Source: Eledone cirrhosa
Lineage: Eukaryota
Direction of reading: 5' to 3'
DNA: 64,000 nt
Assembly (NCBI GenBank): GCA_964016885.1
Contig: OZ024743.1
Span: 263,500,001 to 263,564,000 of the forward strand
Positions 35,184-49,500 of this stretch are shown piece by piece. The notes beneath the pieces are model-generated. The model worked only from the letters and a program-made list of their open reading frames with translations. It made no database searches and was not told where the DNA came from. A program made the translations under genes and the position numbers. Numbering within the stretch: position 1 is the first letter of the stretch; the number at the start of each line of letters is the position of its first letter.

Positions 35184-38100
35184 ATGTCTAATGATAAAAT
35201 CTCATACCGGATCGGCCGTCACCCGGGTAAAAAAGGCCCGCGTCCCTCAGAGAGGAACCAGACTGGGGTCTAAAAATCAGCTAATGGTTCAAACCTTCCC
35301 ATCACTTCGGAGCTGGAGACCTCCCATAACCGGAATACTCCTACTGTTGGCCCTCCATGCTCACCACCAAGAAATCCAAAGAAAAAGAGAGAAAAATGGT
35401 TAAGGGAAGATAATAAAGAAGTCCTTGAGGCTTTCTACACTGCCATGTACTACCCATCAAATACATCGAATACAGAACAGACATATATCAACTGGAAAAA
35501 GAATCATCCCGAAAACAGAGGCTATATTGACAGTAACAAACTAGCCAATATACGAAGAAATATTGTAAGAAAAAAGTTACTAACTGATATAGAAATTGAT
35601 TAGATCAAGCTATTAGCACAAAGTCAGCGAAGGGAAAATGAAACATGTGTCAGTGAAAACGAGGTAAATTGTAACACTTTGAATCCCAGGGTTGGGGCGG
35701 AATCACTGGCAACAGAACAAATTAAAGAAAGGATCGAAAAAGTGGAGGGAGTGCATGCTCAAGATGAAACTCCAAATGAAAATAATGAGATCGTAAATGA
35801 TAAAGTAATGAATGAGAATGAACTTGCCAACTTGAAGGATGAAATTATGATCTAATGGATGAAAATGAAAGAATCTGACATGGGGCAACGAGACACCTTC
35901 CCTAAGATCCAGAACTCCAAACAGAACCAAAAGATAATACACAAGACTAACATAATTCTCAAAAAATGATCATCACAAACAAACTAAACATTACTGATTT
36001 AAATCATCTCTATTATACATCGGCTAAAGTCACCACTCACTTATGTGGAGTGAAGATGAAAAAACAAAGGAATTCCCACAAGAAATCTACTTGGCAATAG
36101 AACATCAATCGCCAAATAAACCTTCTCCGATCTGACATAGAAATTTTAACAAACTATAAAGTAGGTGAACATGTTAAACAAACTAAACTTAGAAAATTGA
36201 AAAGAAAGTATAGTATAAAATCAACATGTGACATAGACATGCTGATAGAAATAATCAAGCAAAAAGTGTCGGCCAAAGCTGCTCGTATAAGGCGCTTTGA
36301 AAAACGATCTAGATTCTATAAGGACAATAATATGTTCAAAAACAACCAAAGAAATTTCTACAGAAAAATTGGTAAGTCAACAATAACTGCTAAATCAATA
36401 CCACCCAAGGAGGAAGTGCAAGAATTCTGGGAAAAGATCTGGGCCGAAGAAAAAGTTCATAATATACATGTCCCATGGAAAGACAGACAAATGAAAGATA
36501 CAGCTCACCTTGAGGAACAAATATGGGAAAATATAACAGTTGAACAGTTGCGTTTGGCTCTAAGAAAAACGAGCAAATGGAAATCCCCAGGAAAAGACAA
36601 AATACAAAACTTTTGGATAAATGCCTTCACAGAGTCTCATGAGCTGTTAGCCCAACTTTACAATGAAATAGTTAAGGAGCCAGAAAAGATACCATCATGG
36701 CTAGTTAACGGCATTACATTCCTGCTACCGAAGAATGATGAGACAAACAATCCCCAAAATTACAGACCGATAACCTGCTTGACCACAATGTATAAAATTT
36801 TAACATCAGTCCTAACTGAATACACATATGACCACCTGATAACAAATGACCTATTTCCCATTGAGCAGAAAGGGTGTAAACGAGGCTCATATGGCTGTAA
36901 GGATCAGCTTCTGGTTAACAAAATGATACTGGAAGATTGTCATAATATACACAAAAATCTATCGATTGCTTGGATAGATTATAAAAAAGCATTCGATAGT
37001 TTGCCACACAGTTGGATTGAAAAATGTTTAGAGATTTTCAAAATATCCCCCGTTGTCAGGAGGTTTTTGTCATTCAGTATGAAGACATGGAAAAATACAC
37101 TCCGTTTGAATAGTGAAACAAAATCACTGGAAGCTGGAGAAGTTAATATTAATTGTGGAATTTTTCAGGGTGACTCTTTATCACCGCTTTTATTCTGCAT
37201 CGCACTTATACCATTAAGTAAAATGCTCAATGAAACAAAACATGGATATAAAGTCTATGACAAAACCATTAATCACCTGTTCTACATGGATGACCTGAAA
37301 CTATTTGCAAAAAATGATGAACAATTGCAAGGGTTATTATCCACTGTGGAGCAGTTCAGTGATGACATGAAAATGGAGTTTGGACTAGATAAATGCGCCA
37401 AAGCAACGTTCACCAGAGGAAAGCTGCTGAAGAGTTCAGACATTAATCTTGATCGGGGGAACGTGATAAGAGAACTTGATCAAGAAAAAACTTACAAATA
37501 TCTAGGTGTTTGTGAAGGAGACGGAATCAAGCACTCGACAATGAGGGAAAGGATAAGGAAGGAATGTTACCGCAGAGTCAGAGCAATCTTAAGAACGGAA
37601 TTGAATGCAAGGAATAGGATCGATGCCATAAACACGCTTGCCATACCAGTAGTAACCTACAGTTACAATGTCATCAACTGGTCAAGCACAGAGATCCGTA
37701 GGCTCGATGCAAAAATTCAAAAATTCTTAACCATGCACAGAATGCATCACCCTAAGGCAGATATAGATAGAATATATCTCCCTAGGAAAGAAGGAGGACG
37801 TGGGTTAATCCAGTTAGACATTGCGTTGAAAACTGCAACAATTGGATTATCTACATATCTAAGGGAATCACATGATTGGATGATCAAACTCGTTTTGAAA
37901 CACGAAAGCACCAAAAGATCATATTCCATTACAAAAGATGCACAAAGATACAGAAATGGACTACAAATTTCAGAAGTCCTATTTACTGATGAAATGGAAA
38001 ACACAGAAAAAGCAAAGCAGGTAAAAGTAACTGCAAAGAAACAACTGCTACAGAAACTGGCTAAGAAATGGCAAGAAAAGTCTCTGTATGGAAAATACCT

Positions 38101-38857
38101 AGAGCGAGCTAACAATCCTGATGTTGACAAAACTTTAACCCATCAGTGGTTGGCATCCTCTGGACTGAAATCGGAGACTGAAGGACTGATTATATCAGCA
38201 CAAGATCAGTGTCTGCCAACAAAAAATTACCAAGACAACATAATAAAAAATGGATGCAGCCCATTATGCCGTGTATGCAAAAAACAACCAGAGACCATTG
38301 ACCATATAATTTCAATGTGCAGTCCTATAGCTCCAACCGAATACCTAAACAGGCATGACAGAGCTGCACAATACATACATTGGATAATGTGTAAGCATTT
38401 TGACATGCCCCATCAAAAGAATTGGTGGGAGCATCAACCACCTCCCATACTTGAAAAAGATCACATCTCAATCTTGTGGAACTTTAGCATCCAAACAGAC
38501 CGAAAAATAGATGCAAATAGACCTGATATAATATTGAAGGACTTTAAAAAGAGGGTATGCCTGCTAATTGATATGTCTGTTCCAATAGACAAGAATGTAT
38601 CTATAAAATCATTTGAAAAATTGAGCAAGTATAAGGACCTGGAGATAGAAATTGGAAAAATGTGGAAATTGAGAACTAAAACAATACCAGTGGTTGTAGG
38701 CGCTCTGGGAATGATACCTAAGGGGTCTAATGATTACTTATCGCAAATCCCAGGAAACCCGCGTATAGGAGAAATACAAACGATAGTACTAATGGGAATT
38801 GCCCATATACTAAGGAAGATTCTGTCAATATATGTACATCACAAGTCTAAACACTAA
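35184..38857 (+). pseudogene. Dong polyprotein with N-terminal nonsense and frameshift lesions; RT-RLE part open (36197-38857)
   Basis: Stops at 35271, 35601, 35853 and 36098; frameshift near 35966; normal stop codon changed TAA>TAT. Confidence 0.85.
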
Positions 38858-39353
38858 AGATGCATGTGTGAGTATGTATGTTCTTTCTTGAGGTCACTGG
38901 TTGTGACTTGGTGATAACTCGTATGAACATAAAGCAAGATAAATGCAACTGTAATAATAATAATAATAATAATAACAACAACAACAACAACAAAAACAAC
39001 AACAACTATGGTAGTAATAGTAATCGTGATCACAATAAATCGAAATATTTCTTTAATGTTACAATCATCATCAGTGTAATGTCATCTTTTACACTTTATT
39101 TCTGATTCACTTTCTCTTTCTTTGTTTTCTGTGTGTTGGACATTTCCATTAAAACTACCCTAACATAATCATCTCCCACCGCACAGTATCTTCTACTTTC
39201 CTTTGCTCGGGAGGAAACAATAAATCAGGTATTTCGTCTATATTTCTTTTTGTTTGTTTATTACACCATTTTGAAAATAAGAAAATACAAAACAAAAGAA
39301 AAAACAAAACAAAACAAAACGAAAAAAATATCGAAACAAAACAAGAATTACGT

Positions 39354-39573
39354 TGATGATGACGACGAAGATAATGAAGATAATGATGATGTTGTGATGA
39401 TGATGGTGGTAATGGTGATGATGATGATGATGATGATGATGTTGATGATGATAATGATGATGATGATGGTGGTGGTGGTGATGGTGATGATGATGATGAT
39501 GATGTTCATGATGATGATGATGATGATAATGATGATGATGAAGATGATGATGATGATAATGATGATGAGGATG
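39354..39573. repeat. Degenerate (GAT)n microsatellite
   Basis: Direct. Confidence 0.95.
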
Positions 39574-39575
39574 AT

Positions 39576-40455
39576 ATTTTCAAATCCATGCACAAGGCCT
39601 GCAGTTCGTGGGGAGGGGAAAGTCAATTATATCAACCCCATTATTTGACTGGTACATTATTTTTCCGACCCCAAAATGATTAAAGGCAAAAATTGACTTC
39701 AACGAGACTTGAACTCAAAATGTAAAGAGCTGGAGCAAATGCCACAAAGTATATTACCCAACGCTTCAACGATTCTGTCAAACCACCACTTTATTATGAT
39801 GATGATGTTCATAGTACTAGTAATAACAATAATTGTTTCTACTTTTGGCACAAGGCCAGCAATTACCCAGTGTATTACTGGTACTATTATTATCTAATGA
39901 TAATAATAATTGTTTCTACTTTTGGCACAAGGCCAGCAATAATCCAAGTGTATTACTGGTACTATTATTATCTAATGATAATAATAATTGTTTGTACTTT
40001 TGACACAAGGCCAGCAATTATTCCAGTGTATTACTGGTACTTTATTTTATCTACCCCATAAGGATGAAAGGCAAAGTTAACCTCGGCGGGATTTGAACTC
40101 AGTCCGTAAAGGGACGTAACTGTGCTGCAAAGCATGGCGCCCGACCCTTTACGGATACTGCCAATCGGTTTCTGATTTAGGCATAAGAGCAACAATTTGG
40201 TGGGAGAGGAAAGTCCATAAGGATGAAAGGGGCGTAACTCTATGTCATAAAGCATGGTGTCAGACACTCTACTGTTACTGCCAATCCACCGACAATAATA
40301 ATAATAATTGTTTCTACTATTGGCAAAAGGCCAGAAATTACCCCAGTGCATTACTGGTGCTTTATTTTGACGACCCAGTAAGGATGAAAGGTAAATATAA
40401 CCGCTGCTGGATTTGAACTCAGACCATAAAGGGGCGTAACTCTATGCTGGAAAGT
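39576..40455 (-). mobile_element. Cluster of about four tRNA-derived SINE copies or fragments, with tandemly repeated 3' tails
   Basis: B-box GAGTTCAAATCC (reverse complement at ~40089 and ~40409); GCCTTTCATCC core; GGCCTTGTGCC tails; separated by AAT runs. Confidence 0.8.
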
Positions 40456-40552
40456 ATTAACAACAATAATAATAATAATGATGTTATTGATGATAATAAT
40501 GTCATTTAAAATAATTACAAAACGTTAATAGTATTAATAATTGCCATATTTA

Positions 40553-43500
40553 ATATTGATGACAACGACAATGATGTGGATTATGGTAATGATGACAGCA
40601 ACAATGATGAGGATTATGGTAATGATGACAGCAACAATGATGAGGATTATGGTAATGATGACAACGACAATGATGTGGATTATGGTAATGATGACAACGA
40701 CAATGATGTGGATTATGGTAATGATGACAACGACAATGATGAGGATTATGGTAATGATGACAACGACAATGATGTGGATTATGGTAATGATGACAACGAC
40801 AATAATGTCGATTATGGTAATGATGACAGCAACAATGATGTGGATTATGGTAATGATGACAACGACAATGATGTCGATTATGGTAATGATGACAGCAACA
40901 ATGATGTGGATTATGGTAATGATGACAACGACAATGATGTCGATTATGGTAATGATGACAACGACAATGATGAGGATTATGGTAATGATGACAACGACAA
41001 TGATGAGGTTTATGGTAATGATGACAGCGACAATGATGAGGATTATGGTAATGATGACAACGACAATGATGAGGATTATGGTAATGATGACAACGACAAT
41101 GATGTGGATTATGGTAATGATGACAACGACAATGTTGTGGATTATGGTAATGATGACAACGACAATGATGTGGATTATGGTAATGATGACAACGACAATG
41201 ATGTGGATTATCGTAATGATGACAACGACAATGATGAGGATTATAGTAATGATGACAGCGACAATGATGTGGATTATGGTAATGATGACAACGACAATGA
41301 TGTGGATTATGGTAATGATGACAACGACAATGATGAGGATTATGGTAATGATGACAGCAACAATGATGAGGATTATGGTAATGATGACAACGACAATGAT
41401 GAGGATTATGGTAATGATGACAGCGACAATGATGAGGATTATGGTAATGATGACAGCAACAATGATGAGGATTATGGTAATGATGACAACGACAATGATG
41501 TGGATTATGGTAATGATGACAGCGACAATGATGAGGATTATGGTAATGATGACAGCGACAATGATGTGGATTATGGTAATGATGACAACGACAATGATGT
41601 GGATTATGGTAATGATGACAGCAACAATGATGAGGATTATGGTAATGATGACAACGACAATGATGTGGATTATGGTAATGATGACAACGACAATGATGAG
41701 GATTATGGTAATGATGACAGCGACAATGATGAGTATTATGGTAATGATGACAACGACAATGATGTGGATTATGGTAATGATGACAGCGACAATGATGAGG
41801 ATTATGGTAATGATGACAGCAACAATGATGTGGATTATGGTAATGATGACAGCAACAATGATGTGGATTATGGTAATGATGACAGCAACAATGATGTGGA
41901 TTATGGTAATGATGACAGCGACAATGATGTGGATTATGGTAATGATGTCAGCAACAATGATGTGGATTATGGTAATGATGACAGCAACAATGATGTGGAT
42001 TATGGTAATGATGACAGCAACAATGATGTGGATTATGGTAATGATGACAGCGACAATGATGAGGATTATGGTAATGATGACAGCAACAATGATGTGGATT
42101 ATGGTAATGATGACAGCGACAATGATGTGGATTATGGTAATGATGACAGCGACAATGATGAGGATTATGGTAATGATGACAGCGACAATGTTGTGGATTA
42201 TGGTAATGATGACAGCGACAATGTTGTGGATTATGGTTATGATGACAACGACAATGATGTGGATTATAGTAATGATGACAACGACAATGATGTGGATTAT
42301 GGTAATGATGACAACGACAATGATGTGGATTATGGTAATGATGACAACGACAATGATGTGGATTATGGTAATGATGACAACGACAATGATGTGGATTATG
42401 GTAATGATGACAGCAACAATGATGTGGATTATGGTAATGATGACAGCGACAATGATGTGGATTATGGTAATGATGACAGCGACAATGTTGTGGATTATGG
42501 TAATGATGAGAGCGACAATGATGTGGATTATGGTAATGATGACAGCGACAATGATGAGTATTATGGTAATGATGACAGCGACAATGTTGTGGATTATGGT
42601 AATGATGAGAGCGACAATGATGTGGATTATGGTCATGATGACAGCGACAATGTTGTGGATTATGGTAATGATGAGAGCGATAATGATGTGGATTATGGTA
42701 ATGATGACAGCAACAATGATGTGGATTAAGGTAATGATGACAGCAACAATGATGTGGATTATGGTAATGATGACAGCGACAATGATGTGGATTATGGTAA
42801 TGATGACAATGACAATGATGTGGATTATGGTAATGATGACAGCGACAATGATGAGGATTATGGTAATGATGACAATGACAATGATGTGGATTATGGTAAT
42901 GATGACAGCAACAATGATGTGGATTATGGTAATGATGACAGCGACAATGATGTGGATTATGGTAATGATGACAGCGACAATGTTGTGGATTATGGTAATG
43001 ATGAGAGCGACAATGATGTGGATTATGGTAATGATGACAGCGACAATGATGAGTATTATGGTAATGATGACAGCGACAATGTTGTGGATTATGGTAATGA
43101 TGAGAGCGACAATGATGTGGATTATGGTCATGATGACAGCGACAATGTTGTGGATTATGGTAATGATGAGAGCGATAATGATGTGGATTATGGTAATGAT
43201 GACAGCAACAATGATGTGGATTAAGGTAATGATGACAGCAACAATGATGTGGATTATGGTAATGATGACAGCGACAATGATGTGGATTATGGTAATGATG
43301 ACAATGACAATGATGTGGATTATGGTAATGATGACAGCGACAATGATGAGGATTATGGTAATGATGACAATGACAATGATGTGGATTATGGTAATGATGA
43401 CAGCGACAATGATGTGGATTATGGTAATGATGACAACGACAATGATGTGGATTATGGTAATTATGACAACGACAATGATGTGGATTATGGTAATGATGAC

Positions 43501-46500
43501 AGCGACAATGATGAGGATTATGGTAAAGATGACAACGACAATGATGAGGATTATGGTAATGATGACAACGACAATGATGAGGATTATGGTAATGATTACA
43601 GCGACAATGATGTGGATTATGGTAATGATGACAACGACAATGATGAGGATTATGGTAATGATGACAACGACAATGATGAGGATTATGGTAATGATGACAA
43701 CGACAATGATGAGGATTATGGTAATGATGACAACGACAATGATGTGGATTATGGTAATGATGACAGCGACAATGATGAGGATTATGGTAAAGATGACAAC
43801 GACAATGATGAGGATTATGGTAATGATGACAACGACAATGATGAGGATTATGGTAATGATGACAGCGACAATGATGTGGATTATGGTAATGATGACAACG
43901 ACAATGATGAGGATTATGGTAATGATGACAACGACAATGATGAGGATTATGGTAATGATGACAACGACAATGATGAGGATTATGGTAATGATGACAACGA
44001 CAATGATGTGGATTATGGTAATTATGACAACGACAATGATGTGGATTATGGTAATTATAACAACGACAATGATGTGGATTATGGTAATTATGACAACGAC
44101 AATGATGTGGATTATGGTAATGATGACAGCGACAATGATGTGGATTATGGTAATGATGACAGCGACAATGATGTGGATTATGGTAATGATGACAGCGACA
44201 ATGATGTGGATTATGGTAATTATGACAACGACAATGATGTGGATTATGGTAATTATGACAACGACAATGATGTGGATTATGGTAATTATAACAACGACAA
44301 TGATGTGGATTATGGTAATTATGACAACGACAATGATGTGGATTATGGTAATGATGACAGCGACAATGATGTGGATTATGGTAATGATGACAGCGACAAT
44401 GATGTGGATTATGGTAATTATGACAACGACAATGATGTGGATTATGGTAATTATGACAACGACAATGATGTGGATTATGGTAATTATGACAACGACAATG
44501 ATGTGGATTATGGTAATTATGACAACGACAATGATGTGGATTATGGTAATGATGACAGCGACAATGATGTGGATTATGGTAATGATGACAGCGACAATGA
44601 TGAGGATTATGGTAATTATGACAACGACAATGATGTGGATTATGGTAATGATGACAACGACAATGATGTGGATTATGGTAATGATGACAGCAACAATGAT
44701 ATGGATTATGGTAATGATGACAGCGACAATGATGAGGATTATGGTAATGATGACAACGACAATGATGAGGATTATGGTAATGATGACAGCAACAATGATG
44801 TGGATTATGGTAATGATGACAGCAACAATGATGTGGATTATGGTAATGATGACAACGACAATGATGTGGATTATGGTAATGATGACAGCGACAATGATGT
44901 GGATTATGGTAACGATGACAGCGACAATGATGAGGATTATTGTAATTATGACAACGACAATGATGTGGATTATGGTAATGATGAGAGCGACAATGATGTG
45001 GATAATGGTAATGATGACAACGACAATGATGTGGATTATGGTAATGATGACAGCGACAATGATGAGGATTATGGTAATGATGACAACGACAATGATGAGG
45101 ATTATGGTAATGATGACAACGACAATGATGAGGATTATGGTAATGATGACAGCGACAATGATGTGGATTATGGTAATGATGACAACGACAATGATGAGGA
45201 TTATGGTAATGATGACAACGACAATGATGAGGATTATGGTAATGATGACAACGACAATGATGAGGATTATGGTAATGATGACAGCGACAATGATGTGGAT
45301 TATGGTAATTATGACAACGACAATGATGTGGATTATGGTAATGATGACAACGACAATGATGAGGATTATGGTAATGATGACAACGACAATGATGTGGATT
45401 ATGGTAATGATGACAACGACAATGATGAGGATTATGGTAATGATGACAACGACAATAATGTGGATTATGGTAATGATGACAACGACAATGATGAGGATTA
45501 TGGTAATGATGAAAACGACAATGATGAGGATTATGGTAATGATGACAGCGACAATGATGATGATTATGGTAATGATGACAGCGACAATGATGTGGATTAT
45601 GGTAATGATGACAACGACAATGATGAGGATTATGGTAATGATGACAGCAACAATGATGTGGATTATGGTAATGATGACAACGACAATGATGAGGATTATG
45701 GTAATGATGACAGCAACAATGATGTGGATTATGGTAATGATGACAACGACAATGATGAGGATTATGGTAATGATGACAACGACAATGATGTGGATTATGG
45801 TAATGATGACAACGACAATGATGTGGATTATGGTAATGATGACAACGACAATGATGTGGATTATGGTAATGATGACAACGACAATGATGAGGATTATGGT
45901 AATGATGACAGCGACAATGATGTGGATTATGGTAATGATGACAACGACAATGATGTGGATTATGGTAATGATGACAACGACAATGATGAGGATTATGGTA
46001 ATGATGACAGCGACAATGATGTGGATTATGGTAATGATGACAACGACAATGATGAGGATTATGGTAATGATGACAACGACAATGATGTGGATTATGGTAA
46101 TGATAACAGCGACAATGATGTGGATTATGGTAATGATGACAGCGACAATGATGAGGATTATGGTAATGATGACAACGACAATGATGTGGATTATGGTAAT
46201 GATGACAACGACAATGATGTGGATTATGGTAATGATGACAACGACAATGATGTGGATTATGGTAATGATAACAGCGACAATGATGTGGATTATGGTAATG
46301 ATGACAGCGACAATGATGTGGATTATGGTAATGATGACAGCGACAATGATGTGGATTATGGTAATGATGACAACGACAATGATGTGGATTATGGTAATGA
46401 TGACAACGACAATGATGTGGATTATGGTAATGATGACAACGACAATGATGTGTATTATGGTAATGATGACAACGACAATGATGTGGATTATGGTAATGAT

Positions 46501-49500
46501 AACAGCGACAATGATGTGGATTATGGTAATGATGACAGCGATAATGATGAGGATTATGGTAATGATGACAGCGACAATGATGAGGATTATGGTAATGATA
46601 ACAGCGACAATGATGTGGATTATGGTAATGATGACAGCAACAATGATGTGGATTATGGTAATGATGACAACGACAATGATGTGGATTATGGTAATGATGA
46701 CAAAGACAATGATGTGGATTATGGTAATGATAACAGCGACAATGATGTGGATTATGGTAATGATGACAACGACAATGATGTGGATTATGGTAATGATGAC
46801 AGCGACAATGATGAGGATTATGGTAATGATGACAACGACAATGATGTGGATTATGGTAATGATGACAACGACAATGATGAGGATTATGGTAATGATGACA
46901 ACGACAATGATGAGGATTATGGTAATTATGACAACGACAATGATGAGGATTATGGTAATGATGAGTGCGACAATGATGAGGATTATGGTAATGATGAGAG
47001 CGACAATGATGTGGATTATGGTAATGATGACAGCGACAATGATGAGGATTATGGTAATGATGACAACGACAATGATGTGGATTATGGTAATGATGACAGC
47101 GACAATGATGTGGGTAATGGTAATGATGACAGCAACAATGATGTGGATTATGGTAATGATGACAGCAACAATGATGTGGATTATGGTAATGATGACAGCA
47201 ACAATGATGTGGATTATGGTAATGATGACAGCGACAATGATGAGGATTATGGTAATGATGACAGCAACAATGATGTGGATTATGGTAATGATGACAGCAA
47301 CAATGATGTGGATTATGGTAATGATGACAGCAACAATGATGTGGATTATGGTAATGATGACAGCAACAATGATGTGGATTATGGTAATGATGACAGCAAC
47401 AATGATGAGGATTATGGTAATGATGACAGCAACAATGATGTGGATTATGGTAATGATGACAGCAACAATGATGTGGATTATGGTAATGATGACAGCGACA
47501 ATGATGTGGATTATGGTAATGATGACAACGACAATGATGTGGATTATGGTAATGATGACAGCGACAATGATGAGGATTATGGTAATGATGACAACGACAA
47601 TGATGTGGATTATGGTAATGATGACAGCGACAATGATGAGGATTATGGTAATGATGACAGCGACAATGTTGTGGATTATGGTAATGATGACAGCGACAAT
47701 GTTGTGGATTATGGTAATGATGACAACGACAATGATGTGGATTATAGTAATGATGACAACGACAATGATGTGGATTATGGTAATGATGAGAGCGACAATG
47801 ATGTGGATTATGGTAATGATGAGAGCGACAATGATGTGGATTATGGTAATGATGAGAGCGACAATGATGTGGATTATGGTAATTATGACAACGACAATGA
47901 TTGGATTATGGTAATGATGACAACGACAATGATGTGGATTATGGTAATGATGAGAGCGACAATGATGTGGATTATGGTAATGATGACAACGACAATGATG
48001 TGGATTATGGTAATGATGACAACGACAATGATGTGGATTATGGTAATGATGACAACGACAATGATGTGGATTATGGTAATGATGACAACGACAATGATGT
48101 GGATTATGGTAATGATGACAGCAACAAAGATGTGGATTATGGTAATGATGACAGCGACAATGATGTGGATTATGGTAATGATGACAGCGACAATGATGTG
48201 GATTATGGTAATGATGAGAGCGACAATGATGTGGATTATGGTAATGATGACAGCGACAATGATGAGTATTATGGTAATGATGACAGCGACAATTTTGTGG
48301 ATTATGGTAATGATGAGAGCGACAATGATGTGGATTATGGTAATGATGACAGCGACAATGTTGTGGATTATGGTAATGATGAGAGCGATAATGATGTGGA
48401 TTATGGTAATGATGACAGCAACAATGATGTGGATTATGGTAATGATGACAGCGACAATGATGTGGATTATTGTAATGATGAGAGCGACAATGATGTGGAT
48501 TATGGTAATGATGACAGCGACAATGATGAGTATTATGGTAATGATGACAGCGACAATGTGGTGGATTATGGTAATGATGAGAGCGACAATGATGTGGATT
48601 ATGGTAATGATGACAACGACAATGATGAGGATTATGGTAATGATGACAGCGACAATGATGTGGATTATGGTAATGATGACAGCGACAATGATGTGGATTA
48701 TGGTAATGATGACAACGACAATGATGAGGATTATGGTAATGATGACAGCAACATTGATGTGGATTATGGTAATGATGACAACGACAATGATGAGGATTAT
48801 GGTAATGATGACAGCAACATTGATGTGGATTATGGTAATGATGACAACGACAATGATGAGGATTATGGTAATGATGACAGCGACAATGATGTGGATTATG
48901 GTAATGATGACAACGACAATGATGAGGATTATGGTAATGATGACAACGACAATGATGTGGATTATGGTAATGATGACAACGACAATGATGTGGATTATTG
49001 TAATTATGACAACGACAATGATGAGGATTATGGTAATGATGACAACGACAATGATGTGGATTATGGTAATTATGACAACGACAATGATGAGGATTATGGT
49101 AATGATGACAGCGACAATGATGTGGATTATGGTAATGATGACAGCAACATTGATGTGGATTATGGTAATGATGACAGCGACAATGATGAGGATTATGGTA
49201 ATGATGACAGCAACATTGATGAGGATTATGGTAATGATGACAGCGACAATGATGTGGATTATGGTAATGATGACAGCGACAATGATGTTGATTATGGTAA
49301 TTATGACAACGACAATGATGTGGATTATGGTAATGATGACAACGACAATGATGAGGATTATGGTAATGATGACAACGACAACGATGTGGATTATGGTAAT
49401 GATGACAGCGACAATGATGTTGATTATGGTAATTATGACAACGACAATGATGTGGATTATGGTAATTATGACAGCGACAATGATGTGGATTATGGTAATT

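Larger units (their letters stand above)
34554..38952 (+). mobile_element. Dong family A, longest copy (5' region extends ~175 bp beyond the 7856-12046 copy)
   Basis: 5'UTR matches 11652-12046 (reverse complement) from 34729; ATG at 35184; 3'UTR then (TAA)n(CAA)n. Confidence 0.9.
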
